This document shows, in pieces, positions 38,822-49,738 of a DNA stretch of 64,000 bases (within the stretch, counting starts at the first letter, position 1; every line of letters starts with the position of its first letter). Source of the DNA: an uncultured Acidobacteriota bacterium (GTDB lineage: Bacteria > Acidobacteriota > Vicinamibacteria > Fen-336); the NCBI GenBank assembly GCA_963720545.1, contig OY970399.1, forward strand, positions 896,001 to 960,000. Direction: 5' to 3'. The position numbers and the translations under genes are program-made. The notes under the pieces are model-generated. The model worked only from the letters and a program-made list of their open reading frames with translations. It was not told where the DNA came from and did not search any database.

Positions 38822-39925
38822 ATGCCCTCCCGCGCCCAAAAAGTACCCGTACGCTACGCCGTCGTCGGCCTCGGCCACATCGCCCAGGTGGCGGCCATGC
38901 CCGCATTCGCCCACGCCAGCGCCAACTCGCGCGTCGTGGCCGTCGTCAGCGGCGACGCGAAGAAGCGTCGCGCGCTGGTCAGGAAGTACCGGCTCGAAGC
39001 CGCCTACGACTACGCAGACTACGACGCCTGCCTGCGCACGGTCGATGCCGTGTACATCGGCCTGCCCAACTCGATGCACGCCGAGTTTGCAGTGCGCGCC
39101 GCGGAAGCGAAGGTGCACGTGCTGTGCGAGAAGCCGCTCGCGGTCACCGCCGGCGACTGCGACCGCATCGTCAAGGCGTGCGCCGACAACGGCGTGCGCC
39201 TGATGACCGCCTATCGCCTGCACTTCGAGGCGGTCAACATGAAGGTGGCGGAACTGGTGCGCAGGGGCCGCATCGGCGAGCCGCGCTTCTTCAACTCCTG
39301 CTTCTCGATGCGGGTCGAGAAGGACAACATCCGCGCGCAGAAGACGCTGGGCGGCGGCAGCCTCTACGACATCGGCATCTACTGCATCAACGCCGCGCGC
39401 TGGCTGTTCCGCTCCGAGCCGGTCGAGGTGGCGGCGATCTCGACCAACCCGAACGAGCGCCTCGCGGAGATCGACGCCACCACCGGCGCCCTCCTTCGTT
39501 TCGAGGACGGCCGCGTCGCCGCGTTCGTCACCAGCTTCGATGCCGCGGACACCGGCAGTTTCACCGTGGTCGGCACAAAGGGCAGCATCTCTGTCGATCC
39601 GGCGTTCGAGTATGCGGAGGCGCTCGCCTACACGCTGAAGGTCGGCGAGCGCATCAGCAGGGTCCGCGGCAAGCGGGTAGACCAGTTCGCCGCTGAACTC
39701 CTCTACTTCTCCAACTGCATCCGCAAGGGAATCGAGCCCGAGCCCTCCGGCGAGGACGGCGCCCAGGACGTGCGCATCATCGAGGCGCTCTACGAAGCCG
39801 CGGAAACCGGCAAGGTGGTGGCGATACCGCCCTATCGAAGCTCCCGGCAGCCGTCGCAGGCGCAGAAGATCTCGCGGCCGCCGGTACGCAAGCCCAGGCT
39901 CGTCAACGTGGCGCAGGACAGTTGA
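38822..39925 (+). CDS. Gfo/Idh/MocA family oxidoreductase
   Basis: [42 protein letters not shown]. Confidence 0.92.
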   Translation: MPSRAQKVPVRYAVVGLGHIAQVAAMPAFAHASANSRVVAVVSGDAKKRRALVRKYRLEAAYDYADYDACLRTVDAVYIGLPNSMHAEFAVRAAEAKVHVLCEKPLAVTAGDCDRIVKACADNGVRLMTAYRLHFEAVNMKVAELVRRGRIGEPRFFNSCFSMRVEKDNIRAQKTLGGGSLYDIGIYCINAARWLFRSEPVEVAAISTNPNERLAEIDATTGALLRFEDGRVAAFVTSFDAADTGSFTVVGTKGSISVDPAFEYAEALAYTLKVGERISRVRGKRVDQFAAELLYFSNCIRKGIEPEPSGEDGAQDVRIIEALYEAAETGKVVAIPPYRSSRQPSQAQKISRPPVRKPRLVNVAQDS

Positions 39926-41781
39926 TGCCGTTGTCTCCCGCGCGGCCATGGCCGCCCGCGGATGCGGCTGCGACGCCGCTGCCGACAGGCGCTGACATCG
40001 CAACGGAGGTCTGCATCGTCGGCGCGGGCGTCGCCGGCCTGTCGGTTGCGTGTGCCCTCGCCGAAGCGGGCATGGCGGTGGTGGTGCTCGACCGCGACGG
40101 CATCGCCGCCGGCGAAACCGGCCGCTCCACCGCGCACCTCACGGCGTTCTTCGACGGCGGGTACGCTGGCCTGGAAAAGCTGCACGGCGAGGAAAAATCG
40201 AAGCTCGCGGCCGCCAGCCAGGCCCGCGCTTTGGAGAGGATCGCTGCATGGTCGGCGGGCGCCGACACCGGCTTCGAATGGCTCGACGGTTGGCTGTTCC
40301 CGGCGCCGGGCACCGATGGCGACGAAGCGAAGTCCATGTGCGAGGAGGCGGAGGCCGCGCAGCGCGCCGGCATTCCAGCCGCTTGCGTGGACAACGCGCC
40401 TCTTCCGTTCCCGACCGGCCGGTCGGTGCGCTTCGCGCGGCAGGCACAGATCGACCCGGTCGCCTACGTCGCCGCGCTGGCGCGACGCCTGTCGGGACGC
40501 GGCGGGCGGATCTTCCACGCCGCCGCGGTCTCGTTCGAGGACGGAGAACCCTGCATCGTGCGCACCGTGAAGGGCCCGAGCGTCCTGGCGCGCGCGGTGG
40601 TGGTCGCGACCGACAGCCCGGTGAACAACCGCGTCGCCATCCATACGAAGCAGTTCTCGTATCGGACTTACGTGCTCGGGCTCGAGCTCGGCGCCGCGTT
40701 CCCCGCCGGCATCTTCTGGGACACGGAGGAGCCATACCACTACCTGCGCGTGGCGCAGCGCCGCGTCCGGCCGCCGCTGCTGATGGTCGGCGGCGAAGAT
40801 CATCGCACCGGCGCGTCGGAGCATGGCGAGCACGAGGGCGAGCAGCGCTTCGCGGCGCTCGACGACTGGGCGCGCGCCCGCGTTCCAGGCCTCGGCCAGG
40901 TCGTGAAGCGCTGGTCCGGCCAGGTGCAGGAGCCGGCCGACGGCCTCGCTTACATCGGGCGCAACCCCGGCGACAAGCACACGTACGTCGCCACGGGATT
41001 CAGCGGCAACGGCATGACCTACGGCGCTGTGGCGGCCGAGCTCATCGGCGACCTGGTGCGTGGCGTGCCCAACGAGCTCGCGGAGCTCTACGCCCCGGGC
41101 CGCATCACGCTCGGCGCCGCGCGCGCCTTCATCGGCGACGGAGTCGCCGCCGCGGGTGGCTTTGCGGCGCTCGTCACCCCCGGCGATGTCGCCGACACGG
41201 CGGAGATCGCGCGCGGCAGCGGCGCCGTGATCCGCCGCGGCCTCCACAAACTCGCGGTCTTCAGGGACCAGGACGGCCGACTGCACGAGCGTTCGGCGGT
41301 CTGTCCGCACCTCGGCTGCGTCGTCGCGTGGAACCCCGCCGAAAGCACCTGGGACTGCCCGTGCCACGGCTCGAGGTTCGACACCGACGGGGCGGTCTTG
41401 CACGGCCCCGCCGTCAGCCCGCTGGCGAAAGCCGGATTCGTCTTCCTGAGCGCCCCGTCCGTTCCCTGGCGCGAAGGATCTGTCGTCATCGGCGGATGGC
41501 TGCTGTTCCCGTCCATCCGCCGATTTCCGTTGTCAGAGGCTTGTTGCCGTTCCTTGGCGCTCAGTTCGTTGTGCCGTTTTCCTGAGCGCTCCCGTCGTTT
41601 CCTAGCGCGAAGGATCTCGGAGTCCGCGTCACTGTTCACTCGTCGCTCCGGAACCACGAGCCTCGAACGAACGAAGGTAGCGGCAAGGCATCCCGAGAGG
41701 GAAAGCACGGAAATGGGCAGATGGGTCGGCCATGCCGCCCATCTGCCCATGGCGTTAGTTCGAGGTGAAGGTCACCGCTGA
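39925..41781 (+). CDS. FAD-dependent oxidoreductase with C-terminal Rieske [2Fe-2S] domain (YhfW-like); homology ends near 41433 and the ORF reads through a repeat region
   Basis: [34 protein letters not shown]...[10 protein letters not shown]. Confidence 0.88.
   Translation: MPLSPARPWPPADAAATPLPTGADIATEVCIVGAGVAGLSVACALAEAGMAVVVLDRDGIAAGETGRSTAHLTAFFDGGYAGLEKLHGEEKSKLAAASQARALERIAAWSAGADTGFEWLDGWLFPAPGTDGDEAKSMCEEAEAAQRAGIPAACVDNAPLPFPTGRSVRFARQAQIDPVAYVAALARRLSGRGGRIFHAAAVSFEDGEPCIVRTVKGPSVLARAVVVATDSPVNNRVAIHTKQFSYRTYVLGLELGAAFPAGIFWDTEEPYHYLRVAQRRVRPPLLMVGGEDHRTGASEHGEHEGEQRFAALDDWARARVPGLGQVVKRWSGQVQEPADGLAYIGRNPGDKHTYVATGFSGNGMTYGAVAAELIGDLVRGVPNELAELYAPGRITLGAARAFIGDGVAAAGGFAALVTPGDVADTAEIARGSGAVIRRGLHKLAVFRDQDGRLHERSAVCPHLGCVVAWNPAESTWDCPCHGSRFDTDGAVLHGPAVSPLAKAGFVFLSAPSVPWREGSVVIGGWLLFPSIRRFPLSEACCRSLALSSLCRFPERSRRFLARRISESASLFTRRSGTTSLERTKVAARHPERESTEMGRWVGHAAHLPMALVRGEGHR
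41439..41750. repeat. Composite REP-like element: two 43-bp direct repeats plus two related hairpins
   Basis: 41439-41481 and 41575-41617 match at 36/43 positions (CGTYTTCCTGAGCG...GCGCGAAGGATCT); 12-bp stem 41488-41524; 13-bp stem 41713-41750. Confidence 0.75.
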
Positions 41782-44700
41782 GGGCTGCGCCTTGGAGCGG
41801 CAGATGCGGTGGGTCTGGGCCTTGTAGTCGCCGTCCTTTGCTTCGAAGATGTTCGGCACGAAGTTCTGCGGGTTGCGGTCGATGATCGGGAACCAGGTGC
41901 TCTGCACCTGCACCATGATGCGGTGGCCCTTCAGGAAGCGGTGCGCGCGGGTGTGCAGGTCGAGGTTGATCTCCTGCACCTTGCCCGGCACGGTCGCCAC
42001 CGACTTCTCGAAGCCGTTGCGGTAGCGCGCGCGGGTGACGTCTCCCGAGACCATCAGCTCGAAGCCGGCGAGGTTGTGGTCGGCGCCTTCCTCGACCTTT
42101 TCCGGCAGCACGTCGATGAGCTTCACGATCCAGTCCGCGTCCGAGCCGGTGGTGGCGGCGAACAGCTTCGCGTCCACCTTGCCCGCTACCACAACGTCTT
42201 CCGTGAGGTAGTCGGTGACGTAGGTGAGGACGTCGGGACGGCCGTCCACGAAGCGCTGGTCCTCGGACAGCCACGACCACCAGCGCGAACCGTTCGAATA
42301 ATGGGGTTCGACGGGGCGGTAGCGGTACGGCACGGGCTTCGCCGGGTCGGAGACGAACGCGTCGCAGGTGTCGCCGGCCGCGGCCGGCGGATCGAACGAC
42401 AGCTTGCCGTTCTCACGCAGGTACAGGCTGCGGACCTTCGCATCCTTCTTCGCCGGCCACGCGTCGCGCTTCACCCACTTGTTCGAACCCGTCTCGAAGG
42501 TGAGCGCCTCGTCGAAGTCGGCCTTGCCCTGGTCCTTCAGGTAGAAGGCGAAGAAGCGCGCCTGCAGCTTGCGGAACTCGGACGAGGTGTCGCTGCCGAA
42601 GTCGATCTTGCCGAGGTTGCGGCCGGTGCCGTGCGCCCAGCCGCCATGGTTCCACGGGCCGACCACCAGGAAATTCTGGTTGCTGGCATCGTGGTTCTCG
42701 AGCGCGCGGTAGATCGTCTGCGGCCCGTAGAAGTCTTCCTGGTCGAACCAGCCGGCGACGTTCAGGGTCGGCACGGCGACGCGCGTCAGGTATGGCTTCA
42801 CCGACTGGCGCTGCCAGAACGCGTCGTAGTCGGGATGCTTCACGAAGTCGTTCCAGCTCGGCCGCTGTCCCTTGAAGTACCGGGTGTTCACGTTCGAGAG
42901 GGCGCCGAGGTTGAGGTACCACTCGTAGGTGTCGGCGCGATCGAACTCGAAGCGCTCGACGTCCTTCGAGGTCTCCAGGCTGTAGACGTACTCGAAGCCG
43001 TAGCTGAGGCGGAAGGCGCCGTTGTGGTGGAAGTCGTCGCCGATGTACATGTCGGCGGGCGACGCCTGCGGCGAGACCGCCTTCATCGCGGGGTGGGGGT
43101 CGAGCATCTCCATCACCGTGAGCCACCCGCCGTAGGACACGCCGAGCATGCCGGCGCGGCCGGTGTTACGGGTGTTCTTCAGCAGCCACTCGATGGTGTC
43201 GTAGGTGTCGGTGCTCTCGTCGATCGCCTTGGGATCCTTCGGGTCGCGCGGGTTGCGCAGCATCACGAAGCTGCCTTCCGACTTGCTGCGGCCGCGGATG
43301 TCCTGGTACACGAAGATGTAGCCGTCGTCCGCCAGCTCGCGGTACGAGCCCTCGATGTTGCGGCGCATGCCCTCGGCATCGTCGGAGAGGCCGTACGGGG
43401 TGCGGGTCAGGATCAGCGGCAGCGGGCTCGCGGCGCTCTTCGGCGTGTAGATCTCGGTGTGCAGCTTGACGCCGTCGCGCATCGCGATCATCTCGTCGCG
43501 GCGGTCGAACTCGATCGGCGGGCGAGAGGATGCGCCCTGGGCCGCGGGCGCCGTGGTGCTCGCGGGAAGCGACTCGAAGGTCTGGTTGCCGACCGGGTAC
43601 TTCGCCCAGTCCTTGTAGTCGAAGTGCCACCACTCCCACTGGTAGACGTTGAAGCCCTGCGCTTCCATCGCGTCGCGCAGCACGCGCCGGTAGTAGCGCT
43701 GCAACGAGGTGCCGCCGGGATAGTCGGGGAAGGAACGCGGCGACATCTCGTCGTAGAGGCCCACCATCTCGAGCGGCTTGCCGTCCGCGAGCGAGTAGAG
43801 GGTGAGGTCCACGGCGCAGCCGCGGTTGTGGCGCGAACCCTGGCCTGGGTCGGCGACGAAGATCTTGCCTTCCGCCGGGGTCGCATCCCAGAAGACCTTG
43901 GTGACGTACCACGGCCGGTATCCGTCATGGATGAGGAGCCCGAGTCCCTGGCTCGCGAGCGCCTTGTGGGCGCGCACCAGCGCCTCCGCGGCCGGGCGCT
44001 GCATGAAAGCACGAGGCTGCTTGTAGACAGGCGTGCCCAGGAAGTTGTCGTTGCCCGCGTAGCGGATGTCGAGGCGGATCGAGGGGTCGAGCGAGGTCAG
44101 CTCGGCGAGGTCCATCGGCAGCAGGTTGTCTGCCTGCTTCGGCGGCGTTGCCTTCAGCGCGGCCTCGGTGAGTTCGGCCACCGGACGCTGTGGCTTGATC
44201 TGGAACACCGCCTGCCCCTCGCCGCCGACGTTGCGCCGCTTCCAGGCGACGTTCGCCGCCACCACTTCGGTGGCGCGCCCAGAGGCGTCGCGTTTGAAGA
44301 GCGCCGTCTCGTTGTCGTAGAGCCCGGTCTTCGGGAAGCGGTACAGGTCGTCCTTCTCCTGCTCGAGCGGGTACGCGGTGAACCACTCGATGAGCGTCCA
44401 CAGCCTGCCGTCCTTCTCGTAGACGTAGAGCGTGTTGTGGTCCCAGCCGTACTCGCCGATGAGCCCCTTGAACTTGTCGTTCACGGGCGCAGGCTTCTTC
44501 GTCTTCTGCTTCGTGAAGACCGCGTCACCCTGTGTCAGCTTGTCGCCCGCAACCTTGTAGACGGTGCCGTGGCCGATGACGTCGTCGGTGACGAGGTCGG
44601 TGCCGTCGCGCCGCAGGCGCAGCGTCACGTCATCGTCGGAGCGCGACACGAACAGCTTGCCCTCGCGCTCCTCGAGGTCCACCGAGACGTCGTCCTTGCC

Positions 44701-45948
44701 GTAGCGGCCGGCCATGGCGCGCGCCTCGGCCGGGTCGATGTCGGTGAGCACCTTCGGTTCGGGCAGCGGCTTGCCGTCCTTGCGGGCCAGCATCATGCGC
44801 AGCGCGCTGATCGCGATCTGGTCGATCACGGCGTTGGCACCGTCCTTGGTGGCGACCGCCACGACGCCGAGACCGACGTCGGGCAGCGCCATCAGCGTGG
44901 TGGCGAAGCCGTAGACGGCGCCGTCATGGCCCACCCAGCGCTGGCCCTCGAGCTCGTTCACGGCGAAGCCGATGCCGAAGCCGCGCTTGGCGTCTTTCGC
45001 GGCGAACTGCGGCGTCCACATCGCCTCGAGCGTCTGCGGCTTGAGGATCGCCTTGCCGCCGCCGAGGTCGCCTTTCGCGAACAGCACGCTCATGAAGCGC
45101 CCGAGGTCCAGCACTGTCGAATACATGGCGCCACACGGATCCATGCCGAAGCGGAACCCCGGGGCGTCGAACGTGCGCCCGTCGTAGGTCCACATGGTGG
45201 CCTTCGCCAGGTCTTTCATGAGAGCCGGCTTCTTCTCGAACGAGCTGCGGTTCATGCCGAGCGGCTGCAGCACGGCCTTCTCGAGGTAGGGCGCGAACGG
45301 CTGCTTTTGCGTCAGCTCGAGCGCATAGCCGACGGTGGCGATGCCGGCGTTCGAGTACTTGGCCTTCTCCTCGGGGTGATAGACGAGCGTCGTGTCGTTG
45401 AGGCTTGCGATGGTGGCGGCGAGCGTCGGCTCGTCGGTCGTGAAGTAGTTGCCGACCGGAGGCTCGCGGATGAGGCCCGAGCGGTGCGACATCAGCATGC
45501 GCAGCGTTATGGGCTTGTCCCCCGGCCACGGGTTCTTCGGCGCGAAGGTCGGGATGTAGGTCGTGAGCGGCGCGTCGATGTCCATCTTGCCCTGTTCGGT
45601 CAGCCGCATGACGCCGATGTCGGTGAACAGCTTCGAGACGGAGCCGACACGGTAGATGGTTTCGGCAGTCGCCGGCCGCTTGGCCGTGGGATCGGCAAAG
45701 CCGAAGCCCTGCGCCCACACCACCTTGTTGCCCGCGACGAGCGCGATGGAGACGGCGGGCAGCCCCTTGTCTTCCATCTCGGCCTTCACCTGCTTCTGCA
45801 GGGCGGCGGCGATCGCCGCGTAGCCGGGGGCAGGCGCCACGGTTTCGCGCCGCGCCTCCGCGGCGCGCGCGCCGGCCGGCAGGGCGACGCCGACGGCGAC
45901 GGCGACGAACAGAGAAGCGGGGGCGGCGAGGCGTAGGCACAACTTCAT
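41755..45948 (-). CDS. Exported three-enzyme fusion: AmpC-like serine hydrolase + D-Ala-D-Ala dipeptidase (VanX/M15D) + CocE/NonD hydrolase
   Basis: ATG 45948 overlaps the permease stop; signal peptide; [59 protein letters not shown]. Confidence 0.9.
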   Translation of the reverse strand: MKLCLRLAAPASLFVAVAVGVALPAGARAAEARRETVAPAPGYAAIAAALQKQVKAEMEDKGLPAVSIALVAGNKVVWAQGFGFADPTAKRPATAETIYRVGSVSKLFTDIGVMRLTEQGKMDIDAPLTTYIPTFAPKNPWPGDKPITLRMLMSHRSGLIREPPVGNYFTTDEPTLAATIASLNDTTLVYHPEEKAKYSNAGIATVGYALELTQKQPFAPYLEKAVLQPLGMNRSSFEKKPALMKDLAKATMWTYDGRTFDAPGFRFGMDPCGAMYSTVLDLGRFMSVLFAKGDLGGGKAILKPQTLEAMWTPQFAAKDAKRGFGIGFAVNELEGQRWVGHDGAVYGFATTLMALPDVGLGVVAVATKDGANAVIDQIAISALRMMLARKDGKPLPEPKVLTDIDPAEARAMAGRYGKDDVSVDLEEREGKLFVSRSDDDVTLRLRRDGTDLVTDDVIGHGTVYKVAGDKLTQGDAVFTKQKTKKPAPVNDKFKGLIGEYGWDHNTLYVYEKDGRLWTLIEWFTAYPLEQEKDDLYRFPKTGLYDNETALFKRDASGRATEVVAANVAWKRRNVGGEGQAVFQIKPQRPVAELTEAALKATPPKQADNLLPMDLAELTSLDPSIRLDIRYAGNDNFLGTPVYKQPRAFMQRPAAEALVRAHKALASQGLGLLIHDGYRPWYVTKVFWDATPAEGKIFVADPGQGSRHNRGCAVDLTLYSLADGKPLEMVGLYDEMSPRSFPDYPGGTSLQRYYRRVLRDAMEAQGFNVYQWEWWHFDYKDWAKYPVGNQTFESLPASTTAPAAQGASSRPPIEFDRRDEMIAMRDGVKLHTEIYTPKSAASPLPLILTRTPYGLSDDAEGMRRNIEGSYRELADDGYIFVYQDIRGRSKSEGSFVMLRNPRDPKDPKAIDESTDTYDTIEWLLKNTRNTGRAGMLGVSYGGWLTVMEMLDPHPAMKAVSPQASPADMYIGDDFHHNGAFRLSYGFEYVYSLETSKDVERFEFDRADTYEWYLNLGALSNVNTRYFKGQRPSWNDFVKHPDYDAFWQRQSVKPYLTRVAVPTLNVAGWFDQEDFYGPQTIYRALENHDASNQNFLVVGPWNHGGWAHGTGRNLGKIDFGSDTSSEFRKLQARFFAFYLKDQGKADFDEALTFETGSNKWVKRDAWPAKKDAKVRSLYLRENGKLSFDPPAAAGDTCDAFVSDPAKPVPYRYRPVEPHYSNGSRWWSWLSEDQRFVDGRPDVLTYVTDYLTEDVVVAGKVDAKLFAATTGSDADWIVKLIDVLPEKVEEGADHNLAGFELMVSGDVTRARYRNGFEKSVATVPGKVQEINLDLHTRAHRFLKGHRIMVQVQSTWFPIIDRNPQNFVPNIFEAKDGDYKAQTHRICRSKAQPSAVTFTSN

Positions 45949-47333
45949 GAAGCGCTTCCTCCAGTGGATTGTCCCGGCCGCCGCCACAGCCAATAGGCGG
46001 GAATGCCGGTAGCAACGATGAGCAGGCCATAGGCGGCCTGCGAAGGCTGGGTGGCGATGGTGTTGAGGACGATGAAGGCGGCGGCAACGACGAACGCGAG
46101 CGGCGTCCACGGATAGCCGGGGACGCGGAACGGCCGCGGCGCGTCCGGCCGCCTGCGGCGGTCGACGAACAGGCTCGCCGCGCCGAGCCCGTAGAAGAGC
46201 CATGAGGAGAAGACGGCGTATGTCAGGAGCGTCTCGAAAGTGCCGGACGCCGCCAGCACCATCGACCAGACCGTCGTGGCCGCGACCGCCACGTGCGGCG
46301 TGCCGAAGCGCGGGTGCACGCGGCCGAGCGACGCCACGAACACGCCATCGCGGGCCATCGCGAAGAACACGCGTGAGGCGGTCAGCACCAGGGCGTTGGC
46401 GGCGCTGAACATCGAGACGAGCGCGACGGCCGCGATCAGCTTCGAGGCGATCGGCCCGAACACCGCGCCCACCGCCTCGGCGGCGATCCGCTCCGACTGC
46501 GCGGCGCGCACCGGGCCGAGCGCCTGCAGGTAGCCGAGGTTCGCGAGCAGGTAGACGGCCATCACCGCCACCGCGCTCAGGATGATGCCGCGCGGAAAGG
46601 TGCGCTGCGGGTCGCGGGTCTCGCCCGCCGAAAAGGTGACGTATTGCCAGCCCTCGTACGACCACAGCACCCTGATCACCGCGATGCCGATGGCGCCGAG
46701 CGCAACGGCGCCGGCCGGTGCAGCCGCCACGGCGCCGGCCAGCGGAGCCGCCTGTGTCGAAACCAGCAGCAGGATGGCCATGGCGATCACCGCCGTGAGC
46801 TTTACGGCCGTGGTCAGCGCCTGCACGTTGGCGCTCTCGCGCGTGCCGATGACGTTGAGCACGCCGATGACGGCGATCATCAGCAGCGCGGCAAGCGTGG
46901 CGCCGAGCGGCGAGACCGCGAGGAATTCCCTCAAGTAGCCGGAGAACGCGACCGCGAGGGTCGCAACCGAGCCGGTGACGATGACGAAGAAGTTGCTCCA
47001 GCCGTAGACGAACGCCGTGTGCTTGCCGAAATTCTCGCGCAGGTAGACGTAGAGGCCGCCGGCCTCGGGGCGCGAGGCGCCGAGTTCGCCGTAGGTGAGG
47101 GCGCCGAGGATCGAGAGGATGCCGCCGATCACCCAGACGGAGAGCGCGGCCGTGACGCTGCCGCCGACCGAACGCAACACGGCGGCGGGCACGATGAAGA
47201 TCCCGGAGCCGATGACGGCGCCGATGCCGATGAACACCAGGTCGCGCAGGCCCAGCATGCGCGCGAGGGAGCCGCCTTGCTGCTGGCCGGCAGGGCGTGC
47301 GGACGTCGCTTCGCTCGGGCTCACTGGAGGCAC
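45945..47333 (-). CDS. APC-family amino acid permease
   Basis: IGSGIF, YGELG..P.AGG.Y.YL, WSYEGW, GETRDPQR, SRVFFAMARDG, RPFRVPGYP; start uncertain. Confidence 0.92.
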   Translation of the reverse strand: MPPVSPSEATSARPAGQQQGGSLARMLGLRDLVFIGIGAVIGSGIFIVPAAVLRSVGGSVTAALSVWVIGGILSILGALTYGELGASRPEAGGLYVYLRENFGKHTAFVYGWSNFFVIVTGSVATLAVAFSGYLREFLAVSPLGATLAALLMIAVIGVLNVIGTRESANVQALTTAVKLTAVIAMAILLLVSTQAAPLAGAVAAAPAGAVALGAIGIAVIRVLWSYEGWQYVTFSAGETRDPQRTFPRGIILSAVAVMAVYLLANLGYLQALGPVRAAQSERIAAEAVGAVFGPIASKLIAAVALVSMFSAANALVLTASRVFFAMARDGVFVASLGRVHPRFGTPHVAVAATTVWSMVLAASGTFETLLTYAVFSSWLFYGLGAASLFVDRRRRPDAPRPFRVPGYPWTPLAFVVAAAFIVLNTIATQPSQAAYGLLIVATGIPAYWLWRRPGQSTGGSAS

Positions 47334-47413
47334 ATTCAACACTCGTTGCGCCGCGCATTCAAGTGGCAATGTGAACCCTGGCATTCATGCGCGAACCATG
47401 GTACAAACCCGCA

Positions 47414-48581
47414 ATGCCAAGCCTTGCTGCACCAGGTGTTGCATCGCGGATAGCGCTGCCCGCCCCCCTCAACCTCGAATCGATCGAACTCGTCGAGGTC
47501 TCGCTGCCGCTCACCGAACCCTTCGAAACCAGCTTCGGCCGCACCGAAAAGCGGCGCATATGCCTGGTCGCCATCGGCAGCGGGCCGCACACCGGCTGGG
47601 GCGAGATCGTCGCGGCCGAAGACCCGCTCTACAGCTATGAAACGGTCGACACCGCCTGGCACATCGTGCGCACCTTCTTCGCACCGGCGCTGCTGCAGGG
47701 CGAGGTGGGCGGCCTCGACGACGTGGTGGCGCGGCTCTCCGCCTTCAAGGGCCATCCCATGGCGCGCGCCGGCCTCGAGCTCGCGTTCGCCGACCTGTGC
47801 GCGCGGGTGCGCGGCGTGACCCTCTCGTCGCTGCTGGGCGGCACTCGCGAGCGGGTGGCGGTCGGCGTCAGCCTCGGCATCCAGGCCCGGCTCGACGCGC
47901 TCCTCGAAAGGGTCGATCGCCACCTGGCGCTCGGCTACCAGCGCATCAAGCTCAAGATCAAGCCGGGCTGGGACATCGACGTGGTGCGCGCCGTGCGCGA
48001 GCGCCATCCCAGGGATCCTGCTCTCGGTGGACGCAAACGCCGCCTACCGCCTGGCCGACGCCGAGCACCTCATGCAGCTCGACCAGTTCGGCCTGTTGAT
48101 GATCGAGCAGCCGCTCGACCACGACGACCTCGAGGACCACGCGCGCCTGCAGGCACGCCTGCAGACGCCGGTTTGCCTCGACGAGAGCATCACCTCGGCG
48201 CGCATCGCGAGGCGCGCGATCGACGGCGGCAGCTGCCGGATGGTCAACATGAAGGTGGGCCGGGTGGGCGGCTACTCGCAGGCGCTCGAGATCCACGACA
48301 TCTGCGTGCAGCGAGGCATTCCGCTCTGGTGCGGCGGCATGCTCGAGTCGGGCGTCGGCCGTGCGCACAACATCGCGCTCGCCAGCCTCCCCGGCTTCAC
48401 GCTGCCGGGCGACATCTCCGCGAGCCGCCGCTACTTCGCGCGCGACATCATCGACCCCGGCGTCGAGGTGGCGCCGGACGGCACCGTGGCGGTGCCGGGC
48501 GGCCCGGGCTTCGGCTTCACACTCGACCTGCCGTTCCTCGAGCAGCACGTGGCCACCCGGGAGCGTATCGTCCGCCCATGA
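47414..48581 (+). CDS. N-succinyl/N-acylamino acid racemase / o-succinylbenzoate synthase (enolase superfamily), with one extra base at ~48011
   Basis: PFETSFG, KLKIKPG, then in the shifted frame SVDAN, IEQP, LDES, KVGRVGG, WCGGMLES, PGDISAS; start uncertain. Confidence 0.85.
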
Positions 48582-49705
48582 GCGCCGAGCTGCTGCGCGG
48601 CTTCGAAGCCGGCAAGGACGTCCTCATCGCCGACCTGCGCGCGCTGGTCGAGATGGAGAGCCCGTCCGACGACGCGGCGCGCGTCTCGTCGCTCGCGGCC
48701 TGGACCGCCGCGCGCCTGCGCGACGCCGGGGTCGCGGCCCGCACCGTCTCCTGTCCGCCGCGCGGCGACGCGGTGCTTGCGGGTGCCGCCTGCGACGCCT
48801 CGGCGCAGGGGCTCGGCGCGCTGCTGATGGGCCACATCGACACGGTCTGGCCGGTCGGCTCGCTCGCCGAGCTGCCGTTCCATGTGGATGCCCGCGGCCA
48901 CGCCACCGGCCCCGGCATCTTCGACATGAAGGCCGGCGTCGCCGTGGCAATCGCGGCGCTCTCGCACCTCGGCGGCCGCGGCCGCGCTTCGCTGCTGCTG
49001 GTGAGCGACGAGGAAGTCGGCACCTTCGCCTGCCGCCCCCTGCTGCGCGAGGTCGCGCTGCGCCACCGCGCGGTGCTGGTGCTCGAGCCGTCGCTGGACG
49101 GCGCCGTCAAGATCGCGCGCAAGGGCGTCGGCACCTTCACTGCCCACTTCGCCGGCCGCGCCGCCCACGCCGGGCTCGACCCGGAGCGCGGCGCCTCGAG
49201 CCTCGTCGAGATGGCTCGCTACACGCTGTTCGCCGCGGGCCTGGGCGACGCGGCGCTCGGCACCACAGTGACGCCGACGGTTGCGAACGCCGGCACCACA
49301 CTGAACGTAGTGCCCGAGAAGGCATCCCTGATTATCGACGCGCGCGTCTGGCAGGCGGGCGAGGCGGCGCGGGTGACCGAGGCCCTGCGCGGCTATCAGC
49401 CGCACGACAACCGGGTGCGCCTGACCCTCGAAGGCGGCTTCGACCGGCCGCCGCTCGAAGACACGGATGCCAGCCGCTCGCTCTATGCGCGCGCGCAGGA
49501 CATCGCCGCGGCCATGGGCGTCGAGCTCAAGGCGGCGCGGGTGGGCGGCGCATCCGACGGCAACCTCACCGCGGAGGCCGGCGTGCCCACGCTCGACGGC
49601 CTCGGCCCGCGCGGCAACGGGGCGCACGCGCGCGACGAATACGTGGAGACCAGTGACCTGCCCTTCAGGGCCGCGCTGATAGCGGCGATCGCGGGCGGGT
49701 TTTGA
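48578..49705 (+). CDS. M20 family metallopeptidase (glutamate carboxypeptidase-like)
   Basis: LVEMESPS, GHIDTVW, GPGIFDMKAG, SDEEVG, RKG, GGASDGN, GAHA; ATGA overlap. Confidence 0.9.
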   Translation: MSAELLRGFEAGKDVLIADLRALVEMESPSDDAARVSSLAAWTAARLRDAGVAARTVSCPPRGDAVLAGAACDASAQGLGALLMGHIDTVWPVGSLAELPFHVDARGHATGPGIFDMKAGVAVAIAALSHLGGRGRASLLLVSDEEVGTFACRPLLREVALRHRAVLVLEPSLDGAVKIARKGVGTFTAHFAGRAAHAGLDPERGASSLVEMARYTLFAAGLGDAALGTTVTPTVANAGTTLNVVPEKASLIIDARVWQAGEAARVTEALRGYQPHDNRVRLTLEGGFDRPPLEDTDASRSLYARAQDIAAAMGVELKAARVGGASDGNLTAEAGVPTLDGLGPRGNGAHARDEYVETSDLPFRAALIAAIAGGF

Positions 49706-49738
49706 CGTGCAGATGACGGCTTTCGAGGAGGCGTGACC

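Noticed and set aside
41439..41617. CRISPR mini-array
   Set aside because: Only two degenerate 43-bp copies with a 93-bp spacer and no cas genes; REP-like instead.
43570..44200. Vancomycin resistance locus
   Set aside because: The VanX domain is part of an exported fusion; no vanA/B, vanH or vanRS is present.
45949..47358. N-terminal 470 aa of the 1867-aa ORF
   Set aside because: Out-of-frame overlap with the APC permease; the real start with signal peptide is at 45948.
47387..49705. 772-aa racemase-M20 fusion
   Set aside because: Frameshift artefact; the middle part is out-of-frame and the M20 gene has its own ATG at 48578.
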